Shown here one piece after another: positions 1-10,215 of a DNA stretch of 64,000 nucleotides. Origin of the DNA: a virus. Lineage: Duplodnaviria > Caudoviricetes. How positions within the stretch are numbered: the stretch's first letter is position 1; the number at the start of each line of letters is the position of its first letter. The notes under the pieces were generated by a model. The model was not told where the DNA came from. It did no database searches and worked only from the letters and a program-made list of their open reading frames with translations. Position numbers and translations under genes: made by a program. Location: the IMG/VR virus record IMGVR_UViG_3300025316_001101; one strand, given 5' to 3'.

Positions 1-240
1 TCACCACATATCATAATCGGTTAAATCAATAGTATCATTAGTGGCCCCATTGGTCACCTTGACAACACAACCTAGACTTGTCGGAGTAAAACTGTAAGTA
101 TATGCGCCACCAGACGCACCATAATACGCTTCGCCCGAATGCTCAAGATCAGTGCCCTTTTGAGCCTCCATAACCTTGAGATCTTGTTCTTCTCGCCACG
201 CTTTCAGTTTTTCGTACTGGTCTTTATCTAATTGGAACAT
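1..240 (-). CDS. hypothetical phage protein
   Basis: 79-aa ORF abutting metK stop; no family recognised. Confidence 0.6.
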   Translation of the reverse strand: MFQLDKDQYEKLKAWREEQDLKVMEAQKGTDLEHSGEAYYGASGGAYTYSFTPTSLGCVVKVTNGATNDTIDLTDYDMW

Positions 241-1407
241 TTATTCCTCCATAAAGTTTTTGAACATCTGCACAAGTTGCAACTGTTCCCAAGGAAATTC
301 ATTTCGACCAAAATGCCCGCCAGCGGCCGTAGCACGATAAATCGGTCGCCGCAAATCAAATCGGTCAATAATGGCCTGTGGCGTCAAAGGTACATTCTTC
401 CAAATAAACATACCCAATTGCCGATTGAAAGATGACTCGGCCTTGCTAATGACATTACGAGTCGTATCAATTTGTAAAGAAACCGGTTGCGATACACCGA
501 TAGCATAAGCCACTTGAACCCTGGCCTTATTTGCTAACCCGGCTGCCACAATGTTCTTGGCAAGATGTCGAGCAGCATAGGCAGCAGAACGATCCACTTT
601 CGTTGGATCTTTTCCACTAAATGATCCGCCACCAATTGGACAATCTGAACCGTAATTATCCACAACAATCTTACGGCCACTCAATCCAGTATCAGAAGCC
701 GGGCCACCAACATTCCATTCTCCACCAGGATTGATTAGATATTTAGTGTCCAATGAAATCCAAGGACTGCCAGCCAACGCTCTGGGAATCAAATCCTTAG
801 AAAGATATTCAGCTACCTTCTCAACCGAACTGCCCGGTTTGTGCTGAGTGGAGGCAACAATCGTATGAATGAATTCGGGTTCCCCTTCGTCCGAATATTG
901 AATCGTCACTTGACTTTTGGCATCCGGCAACAAAAAAGTGGAATCAGGAAATTCTTTTCGATCCTGTTCTAAAGCATTGATAATTTGAAATGCCAAATTA
1001 TGTGCCAAAGGCATATAACTAGGAGTTTCATTACAAGCAAATCCAAACATCATGCCTTGATCACCTGCGCCAAGCTCTACGCCTGCCGTTACCGCACGGG
1101 CAATTTCCGGCGATTGCTTGTTCATTTTATTCAGAATAGGAACGGTTTTGCCATCAAAACACGCTTCTGGCCGGTCATACCCAATATCACAAATAATGTC
1201 ACGGGCAACCTTTTCAATGTCCACATGACATTCAGAAGATGTTTCTCCCGTCAATAAAACCAAATCCTTCATAACCGTGACTTCGCAAGCCACACGGGCA
1301 GTCGGGTCAACAGCAAGATAGGCATCCAACACACCATCGGCAATTTGATCAGCAACCTTATCAGGATGACCAGCCGCAACTGCTTCGCTTGTCCAGAGAT
1401 AGGACAT
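241..1407 (-). CDS. metK: S-adenosylmethionine synthetase
   Basis: TSEAVAAGHPDK, GAGDQG, GGGSFSGKDPTKVDRSAAYAAR motifs; start moved to ATG 1407 (GGAG SD upstream). Confidence 0.97.
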   Translation of the reverse strand: MSYLWTSEAVAAGHPDKVADQIADGVLDAYLAVDPTARVACEVTVMKDLVLLTGETSSECHVDIEKVARDIICDIGYDRPEACFDGKTVPILNKMNKQSPEIARAVTAGVELGAGDQGMMFGFACNETPSYMPLAHNLAFQIINALEQDRKEFPDSTFLLPDAKSQVTIQYSDEGEPEFIHTIVASTQHKPGSSVEKVAEYLSKDLIPRALAGSPWISLDTKYLINPGGEWNVGGPASDTGLSGRKIVVDNYGSDCPIGGGSFSGKDPTKVDRSAAYAARHLAKNIVAAGLANKARVQVAYAIGVSQPVSLQIDTTRNVISKAESSFNRQLGMFIWKNVPLTPQAIIDRFDLRRPIYRATAAGGHFGRNEFPWEQLQLVQMFKNFMEE

Positions 1408-1511
1408 CTGAAATTCTCCTTGAAAAACTTGGGGTGTAAATAGAGATTGGGCTACCAGATAGCAACTTATCACTCTACCTAAATTATAGCCCAGAAACGA
1501 GTGCATGTAAA

Positions 1512-1550
1512 CACGAAACTCCACCCGGCCACGCCGGGTGGAGTTTCGTG
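1512..1550. terminator. 18-bp perfect hairpin, probable terminator
   Basis: CACGAAACTCCACCCGGC-CAC-GCCGGGTGGAGTTTCGTG. Confidence 0.6.
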
Positions 1551-1569
1551 GAAAAGCAACTGCAAAGAC

Positions 1570-2250
1570 TTAGGCAGTCTTCTTATGCTTGGCCAAATGG
1601 AACATGCGGGTTTCGCTGTCCTTGACAACGATATGAGACTTAACGAGTTTGCTCAACTCATTGCTCACCATCGTGTTCAAGCTGGCCGGTGTAGCATCCG
1701 TTTTGTAACCAGACTTCACGAATGCCTCAACAATGTCGCCGTGCTTACCGCCTTCGGGCAACGTCTTGAAAATATCGATCAGAACTTGGCTCTTGGTCTG
1801 ATCATTTTTTTCAGCCGTTTCCTTTTTGGCCTTTTTGGCGGGCTTGTCCTTCTTGGCGGGCTTGCTCACCGCTTTTGTTGCAACCTTGCCTTTTTTGAAA
1901 GCATAGCCACAAACGCAATTCACAGAACGAGCGGCAACATAAGTTGAACACTCAGGACACTGCTTGCGTCCCTTGCCACTGGTCTTAAATGTGGCAATCT
2001 CACCCTTGGCCTTAGCCTTGACCTTCGACGGCTTGGCCTTGACCACCTCGGCCACTACAGCCTTGGCCACATGAACACCCGCAGGACGCCCACGCTTTAC
2101 ATGGGCTGCTTGGCCATTAGAACTTTGGAATGAAGCAATGTTAGAATCCAATTGCTCCAACTCCTCCTGCAACTCGGCTCGCCGTGTGTACATCTCAGCG
2201 GCCTTACGACACTTTTCCGCAGACATCGGAAATGCAGAAACATTACTCAT
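1570..2250 (-). CDS. Lys/Ala-rich putative DNA-binding protein with Zn ribbon
   Basis: CPEC..CxC motif, basic low-complexity linker, coiled N-terminus; SD before ATG 2250. Confidence 0.6.
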   Translation of the reverse strand: MSNVSAFPMSAEKCRKAAEMYTRRAELQEELEQLDSNIASFQSSNGQAAHVKRGRPAGVHVAKAVVAEVVKAKPSKVKAKAKGEIATFKTSGKGRKQCPECSTYVAARSVNCVCGYAFKKGKVATKAVSKPAKKDKPAKKAKKETAEKNDQTKSQVLIDIFKTLPEGGKHGDIVEAFVKSGYKTDATPASLNTMVSNELSKLVKSHIVVKDSETRMFHLAKHKKTA

Positions 2251-2504
2251 AGAACTAAATTTTCTCCTACCCCGTCCAGGGGAGTCGATGGGCAACCTTA
2301 TGCCCGTAACTTGTAAGTTTCAACTCCCTTTGAAACCAGTAACGTAACAACCAGGACTAGAACTATCCAGATTATACGCAGGAATAGACGAAAGTAAAGG
2401 ACTCAAGAATGGATTCTGTATATGATCGCATCCTAAAGCCTTAATACATAATCAGATAAGACTTATAAAATTTTCTAAGATTTAGACCATTTTGTACGTT
2501 CTAA

Positions 2505-2987
2505 CTATTGATGGATTCCCCATTTCACGGCTTCTATGGCATCAAAACCCTCGTTTAACGATGGCCTTATGTATCGAGCCGCATGCTTATTGGCAACCAT
2601 CAACCAATAGTCATAAGAATGACCTCTTGTATCTGCATTTGTCCTTCTTTGAGCATGAATCTCAGGAGCAAACACTTCGAAAACAACGGCATGCACCGGA
2701 ACATCTAAAGCGTGCCCAATAGCTATCCATCGGGCTCTACTTTTATCATTTATGTCCAACCCACGGTCAATTACCACGTCTCTTCCCATTGCCACAGCCA
2801 TGTGCAAAATATGGTCCTCAACTGACTTGTATAACGGTTTCAAAGATTCGTTATACAGAGTATAGATGCCATTGTGAACTGCGTTCACAATGGCATCATC
2901 GTTCATCACGATCCAGCCATCTGTTGCTCGCTTATTAGCATACGTTGACTTACCACTAGCAATTGCGCCCACCAAAACTTCAATCAT
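2505..2987 (-). CDS. P-loop kinase (AAA_33 / polynucleotide-kinase-like)
   Basis: Walker A GAIASGKST, DD and VVID motifs. Confidence 0.8.
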   Translation of the reverse strand: MIEVLVGAIASGKSTYANKRATDGWIVMNDDAIVNAVHNGIYTLYNESLKPLYKSVEDHILHMAVAMGRDVVIDRGLDINDKSRARWIAIGHALDVPVHAVVFEVFAPEIHAQRRTNADTRGHSYDYWLMVANKHAARYIRPSLNEGFDAIEAVKWGIHQ

Positions 2988-2998
2988 TATACTCTCCC

Positions 2999-3346
2999 TT
3001 ATCTGCACAACTTCCATTCAATGAATTTATCATTTTCTATAATCATCTCATAATATTGCCAAGGATCACAATAGGTTGGACTATATGGATTTGTAGGAAC
3101 TTCTGGAGGGGGAGGAAAAGGTGCTGGTCCAAACCATCGTTGCCACCAAGGTAAATTACTCCATGCATCTTGCAACATTTTGGCTTTTTTAAGATTATCA
3201 TCATATCTCTCTTGAATTTTTGCAAATATCACTTCTATTTTATCTTTTAATTTATTATGTTCTATTTGCCGACGACACCAATTGCAATGTTCTCCCCACT
3301 CGGCAGTTGAAAAAATTCTTCTACAATATGGACATTCTCTTTGCAT
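2999..3346 (-). CDS. hypothetical protein with CxxC motifs
   Basis: ORF overlapping neighbour in operon-like packing. Confidence 0.55.
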   Translation of the reverse strand: MQRECPYCRRIFSTAEWGEHCNWCRRQIEHNKLKDKIEVIFAKIQERYDDNLKKAKMLQDAWSNLPWWQRWFGPAPFPPPPEVPTNPYSPTYCDPWQYYEMIIENDKFIEWKLCR

Positions 3347-3393
3347 GGTTTTACATCATTAAAACGAGCCATTAACTTCTCATTCTATGAAAT

Positions 3394-3681
3394 TTAGGCC
3401 GCACTGTCAACGCAGGAATTCAACAGCTTGACTAAATCATCGTGGCAATAACCTTTGTCCATTACATAATGGACAATTAACTCCATATCACATGCCGATA
3501 TAGTACAGCGGGAACATAAAGAATCGAGATCACACAGATTTTCTCGACGAACCATCCATGCGGCAGACAGAAGTTGATTGCGGTCGCAACTGTCAAAGAC
3601 CCGACCACAATTACTGCATGTTGTTATTCCGTTTATTAATGGGGTGCCTAATCGGCGTCCACAAAATGGGCAGTATATCAT
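3394..3681 (-). CDS. Zn-ribbon protein
   Basis: CPFC..CSNC. Confidence 0.6.
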   Translation of the reverse strand: MIYCPFCGRRLGTPLINGITTCSNCGRVFDSCDRNQLLSAAWMVRRENLCDLDSLCSRCTISACDMELIVHYVMDKGYCHDDLVKLLNSCVDSAA

Positions 3682-3719
3682 TCAAAGATATTTATGCTGC
3701 CCATGTTTAATTTTTAATG

Positions 3720-3816
3720 GCAAGAAAACGATACTAATGACCCCTACAGTCAGAAAAACGTTTACGCAACAAGAAAAACGATCACAAACAGCCCAATAAC
3801 AAGAAAAACGATTACG
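3720..3816. repeat. three short direct repeats CAAGAAAA(A)CGAT(T/C/-)AC
   Basis: copies near 3721, 3768 and 3800, downstream of the ParB-like gene terminator. Confidence 0.55.
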
Positions 3817-3852
3817 AAAAAAGCCCACCCCAGCTTTCGCTGGGGTGGGCTT
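3815..3852 (-). terminator. intrinsic terminator
   Basis: AAGCCCACCCCAGC-TTTC-GCTGGGGTGGGCTT with T-run on minus strand. Confidence 0.8.
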
Positions 3853-3875
3853 CGAAGGAGGACGCCTTCTAGTGA

Positions 3876-5102
3876 CTACTTAGCCGCCCGTCGCTCTTGA
3901 TTTCGGGCAATAATCTTCAAGGGCTTCTCAATGTTTTCCTCACCCTGTAAAAACGCCTTAATTAACGTCTTGGCGCAATGCAGGTGATCAAGATCGTATT
4001 GAGTGCCATCTTCGGCCACACCCTTATTGTCAATCAGGGCAGTAACCGCTTCCAGCCATTCCTTTCGCACCTTAACAGCCGTCAAAGGTTTGACATCGGT
4101 ATCGCCAGTGCTCTTGGCTGCTTTATCCAAATCTTTGGCAATCACCCGATTGGTCCGCTTCTTAGCCGTTTCTTCTTTGGCTTTTTCGTGATGCTCGATA
4201 CGATCCCGAGTTTCCGAAAGTTTTTTACGGACCTTGGTGGAGGGTTGTCCCATTGCGTCGGCCGCACGGGCTTCACCATCCAACTGTTCTTCTTCATCCT
4301 TGGCCTTGTCAATCTGCTCGTCGTGCTTCTTGAGACTAGCCTGGATACGAACGGCAGCTTCTTTAGAAGCATCGCCCAACAATTGCAACCGATGGCCCAC
4401 ATCAGGAATGGCAACTAATCTGATGGCCACCGTCCGATTGATCTGTTCATCGCAAAAAGCGTTGAAACATTTATCGTCCAATTGCAAGATTTCATCCGTC
4501 TGGCGCAGCCAAGCAACGCTTTTGCTGAGCACCCAACGGATATAATCGTCATCTTTCTTACAGTGTCGTAAGTGACGGACCAAAGCAGCCAAAGCACCTT
4601 CCCCAATGGACTTGCTTTCTTCATTGCTGCTAACGGCATGTTTAAGAGCCGTATCGTCGTCCATGTCATTAATATGGCAGACAACGTACTCATACACGTT
4701 TGCAGCCGGTTCCCGCTTGCCAGTAGCCGGATTGTGACAATTGGTATTGTCAGCACGCAATTTATCAATACTGCGTTTGCGGCGACTGCCACCGATCAAT
4801 TGGACCTTCTTACCGTCCTTGATCCATCGACAATCAAGGGGATGTTTTAGACCCTCGGTGCAAATGGCAGCCCGCAAGCTGTCCATTTCATCCCTGGAGC
4901 CACCCAATCCCATTTTTTGAGTGCCATTGGCAATATGACGAGGATTTTGATAAACGAATTCTTTGGCGTTCAGGTCAAACCCATCGTCAGCGAATTCAAC
5001 AAGATCATGTCTCACCTTATACACATCATCAAACATGTGGATGATGCCCTCTGGCAAGATCTTCTTGGACGGCAATTTTACCGTTTCAGTTTCAACAGAC
5101 AT
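3876..5102 (-). CDS. ParB/Srx-like N-terminal domain protein with coiled-coil C-terminus
   Basis: L..I..EGL.HPL...LIGGSRR motif; SD before ATG 5102. Confidence 0.7.
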   Translation of the reverse strand: MSVETETVKLPSKKILPEGIIHMFDDVYKVRHDLVEFADDGFDLNAKEFVYQNPRHIANGTQKMGLGGSRDEMDSLRAAICTEGLKHPLDCRWIKDGKKVQLIGGSRRKRSIDKLRADNTNCHNPATGKREPAANVYEYVVCHINDMDDDTALKHAVSSNEESKSIGEGALAALVRHLRHCKKDDDYIRWVLSKSVAWLRQTDEILQLDDKCFNAFCDEQINRTVAIRLVAIPDVGHRLQLLGDASKEAAVRIQASLKKHDEQIDKAKDEEEQLDGEARAADAMGQPSTKVRKKLSETRDRIEHHEKAKEETAKKRTNRVIAKDLDKAAKSTGDTDVKPLTAVKVRKEWLEAVTALIDNKGVAEDGTQYDLDHLHCAKTLIKAFLQGEENIEKPLKIIARNQERRAAK

Positions 5103-5227
5103 TCCAGATCTCCCTAAATTGATATAAACCTTCCTGAAAAATTCCCGAACATTCTTCGTTTTGAACGGAATGCCCTGGAAGACGATAAACACGCTGCTCG
5201 GACTGAATTGTTAATCCTCACTTTCCG

Positions 5228-5255
5228 AGTATAGCGATTTTTACGATCATGTCAA
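5228..5255 (-). promoter_or_regulatory. sigma70-like promoter
   Basis: TTGACA-N16-TATACT. Confidence 0.6.
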
Positions 5256-5423
5256 GTCGGACTCATGTGGCTTTCCACGTTTGGCATTTGACGCACGTTA
5301 GATAAACTAGGCAAATTGCACAACATGCGTCCTATATTCCTTTGATCGCAAGATACGCCATAAACAAAAGTCCTAGAACAATCACTGAACCCATTAAGAA
5401 ATCCATCGGTCAATCTTTATTTT

Positions 5424-5657
5424 TTAGAAATCCTGAGTGACATATACATTATTAATTAATGTAAACTGTACGTCTCGTCGCATACAAGCTCTTTTCGTTG
5501 ATTCTTGGGCCAATTGTTTGTGATAAAAACTCTTGACAACTCCCTCGATGGTCACTATTGCTTCATCAGTGCCATTCTTATGGATGTATAGTGTAATTTC
5601 CCGCAAGTGAGAATCTTTTTCCATGTCCCTTTGCAGGGCAACTTGGAGTTCGTCCAT
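5424..5657 (-). CDS. BON-domain-like small protein
   Basis: VTIEGVVKSFYHKQLAQE resembles a BON core. Confidence 0.55.
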   Translation of the reverse strand: MDELQVALQRDMEKDSHLREITLYIHKNGTDEAIVTIEGVVKSFYHKQLAQESTKRACMRRDVQFTLINNVYVTQDF

Positions 5658-5844
5658 TACTCCATTTCCTTGATTGATGATATTTCCTATTATTCGTATT
5701 GAAAAATTTTGAAAAAAGCAAAACGCACTCAGTTTCCAGGCCCCCGAACCGGTGCAACGGCGATGGAATTATACTCCAAACATCCGCAAAGCGGTAGTTC
5801 GATCACAAAAGATCTCACCTCAACCAAGATCTGGTCGTACTTCG

Positions 5845-5873
5845 TTTACAAGTGCTAAGTGCCATAGTATAAT
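5845..5873 (+). promoter_or_regulatory. sigma70-like promoter
   Basis: TTTACA-N17-TATAAT. Confidence 0.65.
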
Positions 5874-5934
5874 TCTTGCAACGGGTTTCAGTCAAGCCCA
5901 CAAATTTACAAGTTTACCCAATGGAGTTTACCCA

Positions 5935-7383
5935 ATGTACCTAATGATCCAAAATCCCGGCTTTTCTCCTCCAGAATGCTACACCGTACTAGGTGTTAGT
6001 ACCACCCGAAATGCAGGTGTCGATGGAACGATTGGGAAATTTGGAAGTGGCAGTAAGCATGCTGTCAACTTACTTCTACGACACAAACTTTCTCCGATCA
6101 TCTATTGTTCCAATCTCCGTTTGGAATTCTGTACCGAAAAACAAACCGTCAACGATGGTCTCGGCATCACCGAATTTGGTGGCGTTTTTTGTAAAATGAG
6201 CGGTAAAGATCTAAGCGGTTCTCAAATTAAACGAACCAAAGATCTAGGCTTCGTTCTTGAATACGGCACCTACGACTGGACCGAATTGGCAATGGGCCTA
6301 CGGGAATTTGTTAGCAATGCCATTGATCGCACAATCCGAGAAGATGGCGAATTTCAAGAGGCCATTAAAAGCGGTCGCCTCTGCGTTAAGCTAGTAGAAG
6401 ATAATCAAGTACGAGCCAAAGAAGGCTATACCCGTGTGTTCGTGCCACTCTCGCCAGAAGTCCAGCGATTCTATGGAGAACTGCCACGACGATTCTTGCA
6501 CTTTTCCTCACCGGAACTGCTAGAACAAAAGATCCTGCCCAAGGGTGGCCGCAATCTTAGCACCGGTCGTGGAGCCATGATTTATAAACGTGGTGTTTTT
6601 GTTCGAGAAGTTGTAGATCAAGGACACCCTTCGCTCTTCGATTATAATCTCAACGATTTGGATCTTGATGAATCCCGAAACGTTGATGATTACGTTGTAC
6701 GAACACACGCTGCTTATGCTCTACGTGATGCCGATGCTAATATCTTGGCTACGGTATTTAAGAGCTTGACTGCTATGGAACAAATCTGGGAAGCGACTTT
6801 CAATAAATATGATTTGTCGCCATCTTGGGATAGCACCGCTAAAAAAGAAAAGCGAAAGGAGACCTGGAAAGCGGCTTGGAAACAAGCAGTTGGAGAAGGT
6901 ATTCTTTGCGGTGACTCGCAATTTGAAGCCGAAATGGTTTCTAAAAAGGGTTACGAAGCTAAAGTCATCAAGGCCACCAGTTGGGTAACTGCTGCCGAAG
7001 ATCACGAAGTAAACAGCAGCGTTTCAATCATGTCGGCCTTTGAAAAGGAAGGTCGAGAAATCATTCCTGCCACGCCCGATGCAACGAAAGCCGTAGATGC
7101 TGTATGGAGTTGGTTGGAAAAGCACAGCTTTACTTTCAACAAAACCAAACCGTATGTCAAGTGCTTCCGTGATAAAATGGAAGGCGGTGGTCGTGTCCTT
7201 GGATACTACTCGCCCGGTAGCGATACCGTGATGATCAACGAACAGCACGCCAGCGATGGCCAAAATAAAATGCTGCTCAAAACGGCCTTGGAAGAGATTA
7301 CACATTACGTAACCAATGCCACCGATATGTCACGGGACATGCAAGATTTCATTCTACGACTTGTTGTAGAGCAAAACGTGTAG
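5935..7383 (+). CDS. GHKL/HSP90-like ATPase, apparently circularly permuted
   Basis: IQNPG, GKFGSG, then LREFVSNAIDR; SD GGAG before ATG 5935. Confidence 0.7.
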   Translation: MYLMIQNPGFSPPECYTVLGVSTTRNAGVDGTIGKFGSGSKHAVNLLLRHKLSPIIYCSNLRLEFCTEKQTVNDGLGITEFGGVFCKMSGKDLSGSQIKRTKDLGFVLEYGTYDWTELAMGLREFVSNAIDRTIREDGEFQEAIKSGRLCVKLVEDNQVRAKEGYTRVFVPLSPEVQRFYGELPRRFLHFSSPELLEQKILPKGGRNLSTGRGAMIYKRGVFVREVVDQGHPSLFDYNLNDLDLDESRNVDDYVVRTHAAYALRDADANILATVFKSLTAMEQIWEATFNKYDLSPSWDSTAKKEKRKETWKAAWKQAVGEGILCGDSQFEAEMVSKKGYEAKVIKATSWVTAAEDHEVNSSVSIMSAFEKEGREIIPATPDATKAVDAVWSWLEKHSFTFNKTKPYVKCFRDKMEGGGRVLGYYSPGSDTVMINEQHASDGQNKMLLKTALEEITHYVTNATDMSRDMQDFILRLVVEQNV

Positions 7384-7390
7384 ATTAAAT

Positions 7391-7425
7391 AAACCGCCCG
7401 GCCAAAGGCCGGGCGGTTTCGTTTT
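7391..7425. terminator. bidirectional terminator
   Basis: AAACCGCCCGGCC-AAA-GGCCGGGCGGTTT between convergent genes. Confidence 0.8.
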
Positions 7426-7979
7426 TACATCCCATATCTTCTTCGCTGTTCTTCTTCTCTTGCAACCAACATAGCTTTGGGCATCCACATCCCGTCATAT
7501 TCTTCCTCGTATCCAGCAGACTTCATAATACTAGAATACCATCGTTCTCGACGTTCTCCCATAGCGATATAAGAGACTCCAATTGCATATTGAGAAAGGC
7601 GTCTAAGAAAATCTCTAAATCGTTGAGCAAATTGAAGAGTACCTGCTCCCACTTGTTTACGAGTAGAGATTGATGTATCCATATCTCGGGAGCTAACGTC
7701 GGTTGGATAATATCCTCGTCGCCATCCAAATTCTATTTCTAATTGCGGGCTAGCACCCAAATATGGATCTTGTACTGAATAAGCAACTATGTGCAAATAG
7801 CGATCTGCCGCCATAATTTGTATTCCTTCTTCATCCACGTTAATGGCATGTTGAGGGAATGTTTGTTGTAATATGCGACCAGCTATTTGAATTGCTTCTT
7901 TAGAATCTTGCACAGACACCGCACGTGTGGGTGGGGTAAACTTTGCTTCGTCTAATTCAATTAAATCTCTAAATCTCAT
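7425..7979 (-). CDS. hypothetical protein, paralog of 54642-55208
   Basis: shared RKQV..G..QF...RDF and R..(W/L)Y.S(I/M)...GYE motifs. Confidence 0.65.
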   Translation of the reverse strand: MRFRDLIELDEAKFTPPTRAVSVQDSKEAIQIAGRILQQTFPQHAINVDEEGIQIMAADRYLHIVAYSVQDPYLGASPQLEIEFGWRRGYYPTDVSSRDMDTSISTRKQVGAGTLQFAQRFRDFLRRLSQYAIGVSYIAMGERRERWYSSIMKSAGYEEEYDGMWMPKAMLVAREEEQRRRYGM

Positions 7980-8023
7980 GCCGTTTCCATAAATACATAG
8001 TATAATATCTATGGAGTCGGTCT

Positions 8024-8437
8024 ATGAAAAGTTTCTATGAAATGAGTCAACAAGTGAATAACAAACGTGTTTCTTATACAGCGGTCGTTTTAAGCACAGC
8101 CGAACAAGCTAGATTGGTGGATCAATACCGGCATTTAATTCCAGCCGATTGGGAGGTTGTTGCACACCACATGACTATTAATATGGGACCAGCGGTTAAT
8201 GGACCGGCAGCTACTTTAGTAGATGAACCATTTACTTTGAAAGTACATTCATTTGCTAGTGACAATAAAGTAATGGCTGTTGGAGTAGAAACAGATGCTC
8301 CCAGCACAAATGCAACTAAACACATCACCTTAGCTGTAAATAGAAAAGGTGGTGGAAAACCGTTCCACAGTAACCAATTGGTAAAATGGGAACCTGTTGC
8401 TCCATTTGAAATCCACGGAAGCGTACAAGAGGTATAG
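8024..8437 (+). CDS. 2H phosphoesterase (RNA-repair type)
   Basis: two HxT motifs (HHMT, HIT). Confidence 0.8.
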   Translation: MKSFYEMSQQVNNKRVSYTAVVLSTAEQARLVDQYRHLIPADWEVVAHHMTINMGPAVNGPAATLVDEPFTLKVHSFASDNKVMAVGVETDAPSTNATKHITLAVNRKGGGKPFHSNQLVKWEPVAPFEIHGSVQEV

Positions 8438-8469
8438 AAAATCAGCCCGTTCAACACAGGCTGATTTTT
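8438..8469. terminator. terminator
   Basis: AAAATCAGCC..GGCTGATTTT. Confidence 0.7.
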
Positions 8470-8489
8470 CTACTTTCTATTATACAATC

Positions 8490-8711
8490 TTAGCCCCAAA
8501 GATTTTGCGAACACACTGTCACTGCGGGCACATATGCCCCAGCAATTGGGTTGCACAAGAAGTTAATCTTCGGACATTGTGGATAGAATAATCTCCAGCA
8601 TACGTATTTTTGAATTACGACATCGCCATGCATGTTTCTGTGAACGCATTTGAAAACTTTATTTGTTCTACAAACATAGCCGCCTTCGTCAATTTGAGGA
8701 TTATAAGACAT
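8490..8711 (-). CDS. hypothetical protein
   Basis: 73-aa ORF with SD. Confidence 0.5.
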   Translation of the reverse strand: MSYNPQIDEGGYVCRTNKVFKCVHRNMHGDVVIQKYVCWRLFYPQCPKINFLCNPIAGAYVPAVTVCSQNLWG

Positions 8712-8778
8712 GTGTGTTCTCCTTAAAGTAGCAAGATTTGCTTCTATTGTATATATTTACTACTAAAGGATTTTTTAA

Positions 8779-9576
8779 CTAAATTTTTCCTAAACGACCA
8801 ATATCAGCCACACATCGATCATGATTGCTTTCCATGATCCCTTTTGCTTTAGGATTAGTCTTCCAAACCTCCATTAGAGTAGCCTCTCCTATATGTCGAA
8901 TCCAACTATTACCAGAAATACCTTGTGTGTATCCACATTTTTTCATACGGGCTGCCAACTCTTCGCTTTCATACCACGCAAACGGATACGCTTTAATAAA
9001 TCCCCCTATGCGTTTGAAAAGTGTTCTAGGACAAAAAGCGCAATACAGTGGTAAAACCCCTTCTCGTAAAATAACATCTTGAGTTGGTTGATTTTTTGAC
9101 CCTTTTAATAATGTATTATAGCCTTCACCTGGATTGTCCGTCCTTGCAGACACCATTGCCACCTTTTGCGGCTGTAGAGCATTAAAAGAATCGATTAACT
9201 GTCCTAACCATAATGGAGTTTCTGGAACCGTATCTGAATGCATAATCACCATCCACGGAGCTTTGGTTTGCAAAAATCCCGCTTCCAGTGCGCCCCCAAA
9301 ACCCAATTGTGATTTATTACGGATACACATAGTTTTTGGAGCTTTGGCGAACCCATTAATAAAATGTGTGTTGGGAGAATGATCATCAATCAAACAGATT
9401 TGATAATTGAATCTTGACCCCAAGCTTCTCCAAATACCTTGACAAAGCTGATATACTCTTTGATATTGCCCATGAAAGGGAATGAGAATGTCTATCGGAT
9501 ATTGAGAATATGCATCCTCTTTAACCATTGGTGTTTGAAAAATTTTTGCGCCACCTGCATCTTCAGATTCTACCAT
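8779..9576 (-). CDS. glycosyltransferase family 2
   Basis: ILIPFH, LIDDHS, HSD (DxD-like). Confidence 0.85.
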   Translation of the reverse strand: MVESEDAGGAKIFQTPMVKEDAYSQYPIDILIPFHGQYQRVYQLCQGIWRSLGSRFNYQICLIDDHSPNTHFINGFAKAPKTMCIRNKSQLGFGGALEAGFLQTKAPWMVIMHSDTVPETPLWLGQLIDSFNALQPQKVAMVSARTDNPGEGYNTLLKGSKNQPTQDVILREGVLPLYCAFCPRTLFKRIGGFIKAYPFAWYESEELAARMKKCGYTQGISGNSWIRHIGEATLMEVWKTNPKAKGIMESNHDRCVADIGRLGKI

Positions 9577-10215
9577 TTATTCCTCTGTTGTAAATTCGCT
9601 TGTCGCTGAGGACTCCAATACATCTAAAGGAGGTTTCGATAAATCTGGATGAGGTTCTAAAGCAATACAAATTTTGAAATATTCATATCCTGCCGTATCA
9701 AACTTTTGCATTTGATCTGCTAATTTCAAAGCCAATTCATTTGTATTAACAACGTTACAATATGTCAATTGTGGGGTGGTGGCTGCTATTTGTTCTAACT
9801 CTTCATTGGCCTCTTCACCAATCGTACAAACTACATAACGAATATCTAAATGTCTTCGTTTACTTTCTGCTGTTGCAAATCGTATACTACCCACATTAAT
9901 GATGGATGGTTGATCTAAGATAATAAACATCATCTTTTCTAACTGATTTTCTAGTTCAAGTTTCTCAAGTGCTTCAATTGAATGAATTACACCCTTTCCA
10001 ATGTCAACCCTTCCACGTCTAACCATACTAACAACAGAGGCCGCTCCATACCTTTCGTGTGATGATGTTGTATCGGATTGATACCAATAACACCTATCTC
10101 CAGGCTCCATTGCATAAACGATCTTTTGAATTTGTCTTTTAACTTGACCGAATAGTGTTGAGCTTACATCCACCACGAAAGCCAAAGTTATGGGCACTAA
10201 ATTTATTTTTTTCAT
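9577..10215 (-). CDS. vWA-like hypothetical protein
   Basis: FVVDVSST MIDAS-like start. Confidence 0.45.
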   Translation of the reverse strand: MKKINLVPITLAFVVDVSSTLFGQVKRQIQKIVYAMEPGDRCYWYQSDTTSSHERYGAASVVSMVRRGRVDIGKGVIHSIEALEKLELENQLEKMMFIILDQPSIINVGSIRFATAESKRRHLDIRYVVCTIGEEANEELEQIAATTPQLTYCNVVNTNELALKLADQMQKFDTAGYEYFKICIALEPHPDLSKPPLDVLESSATSEFTTEE

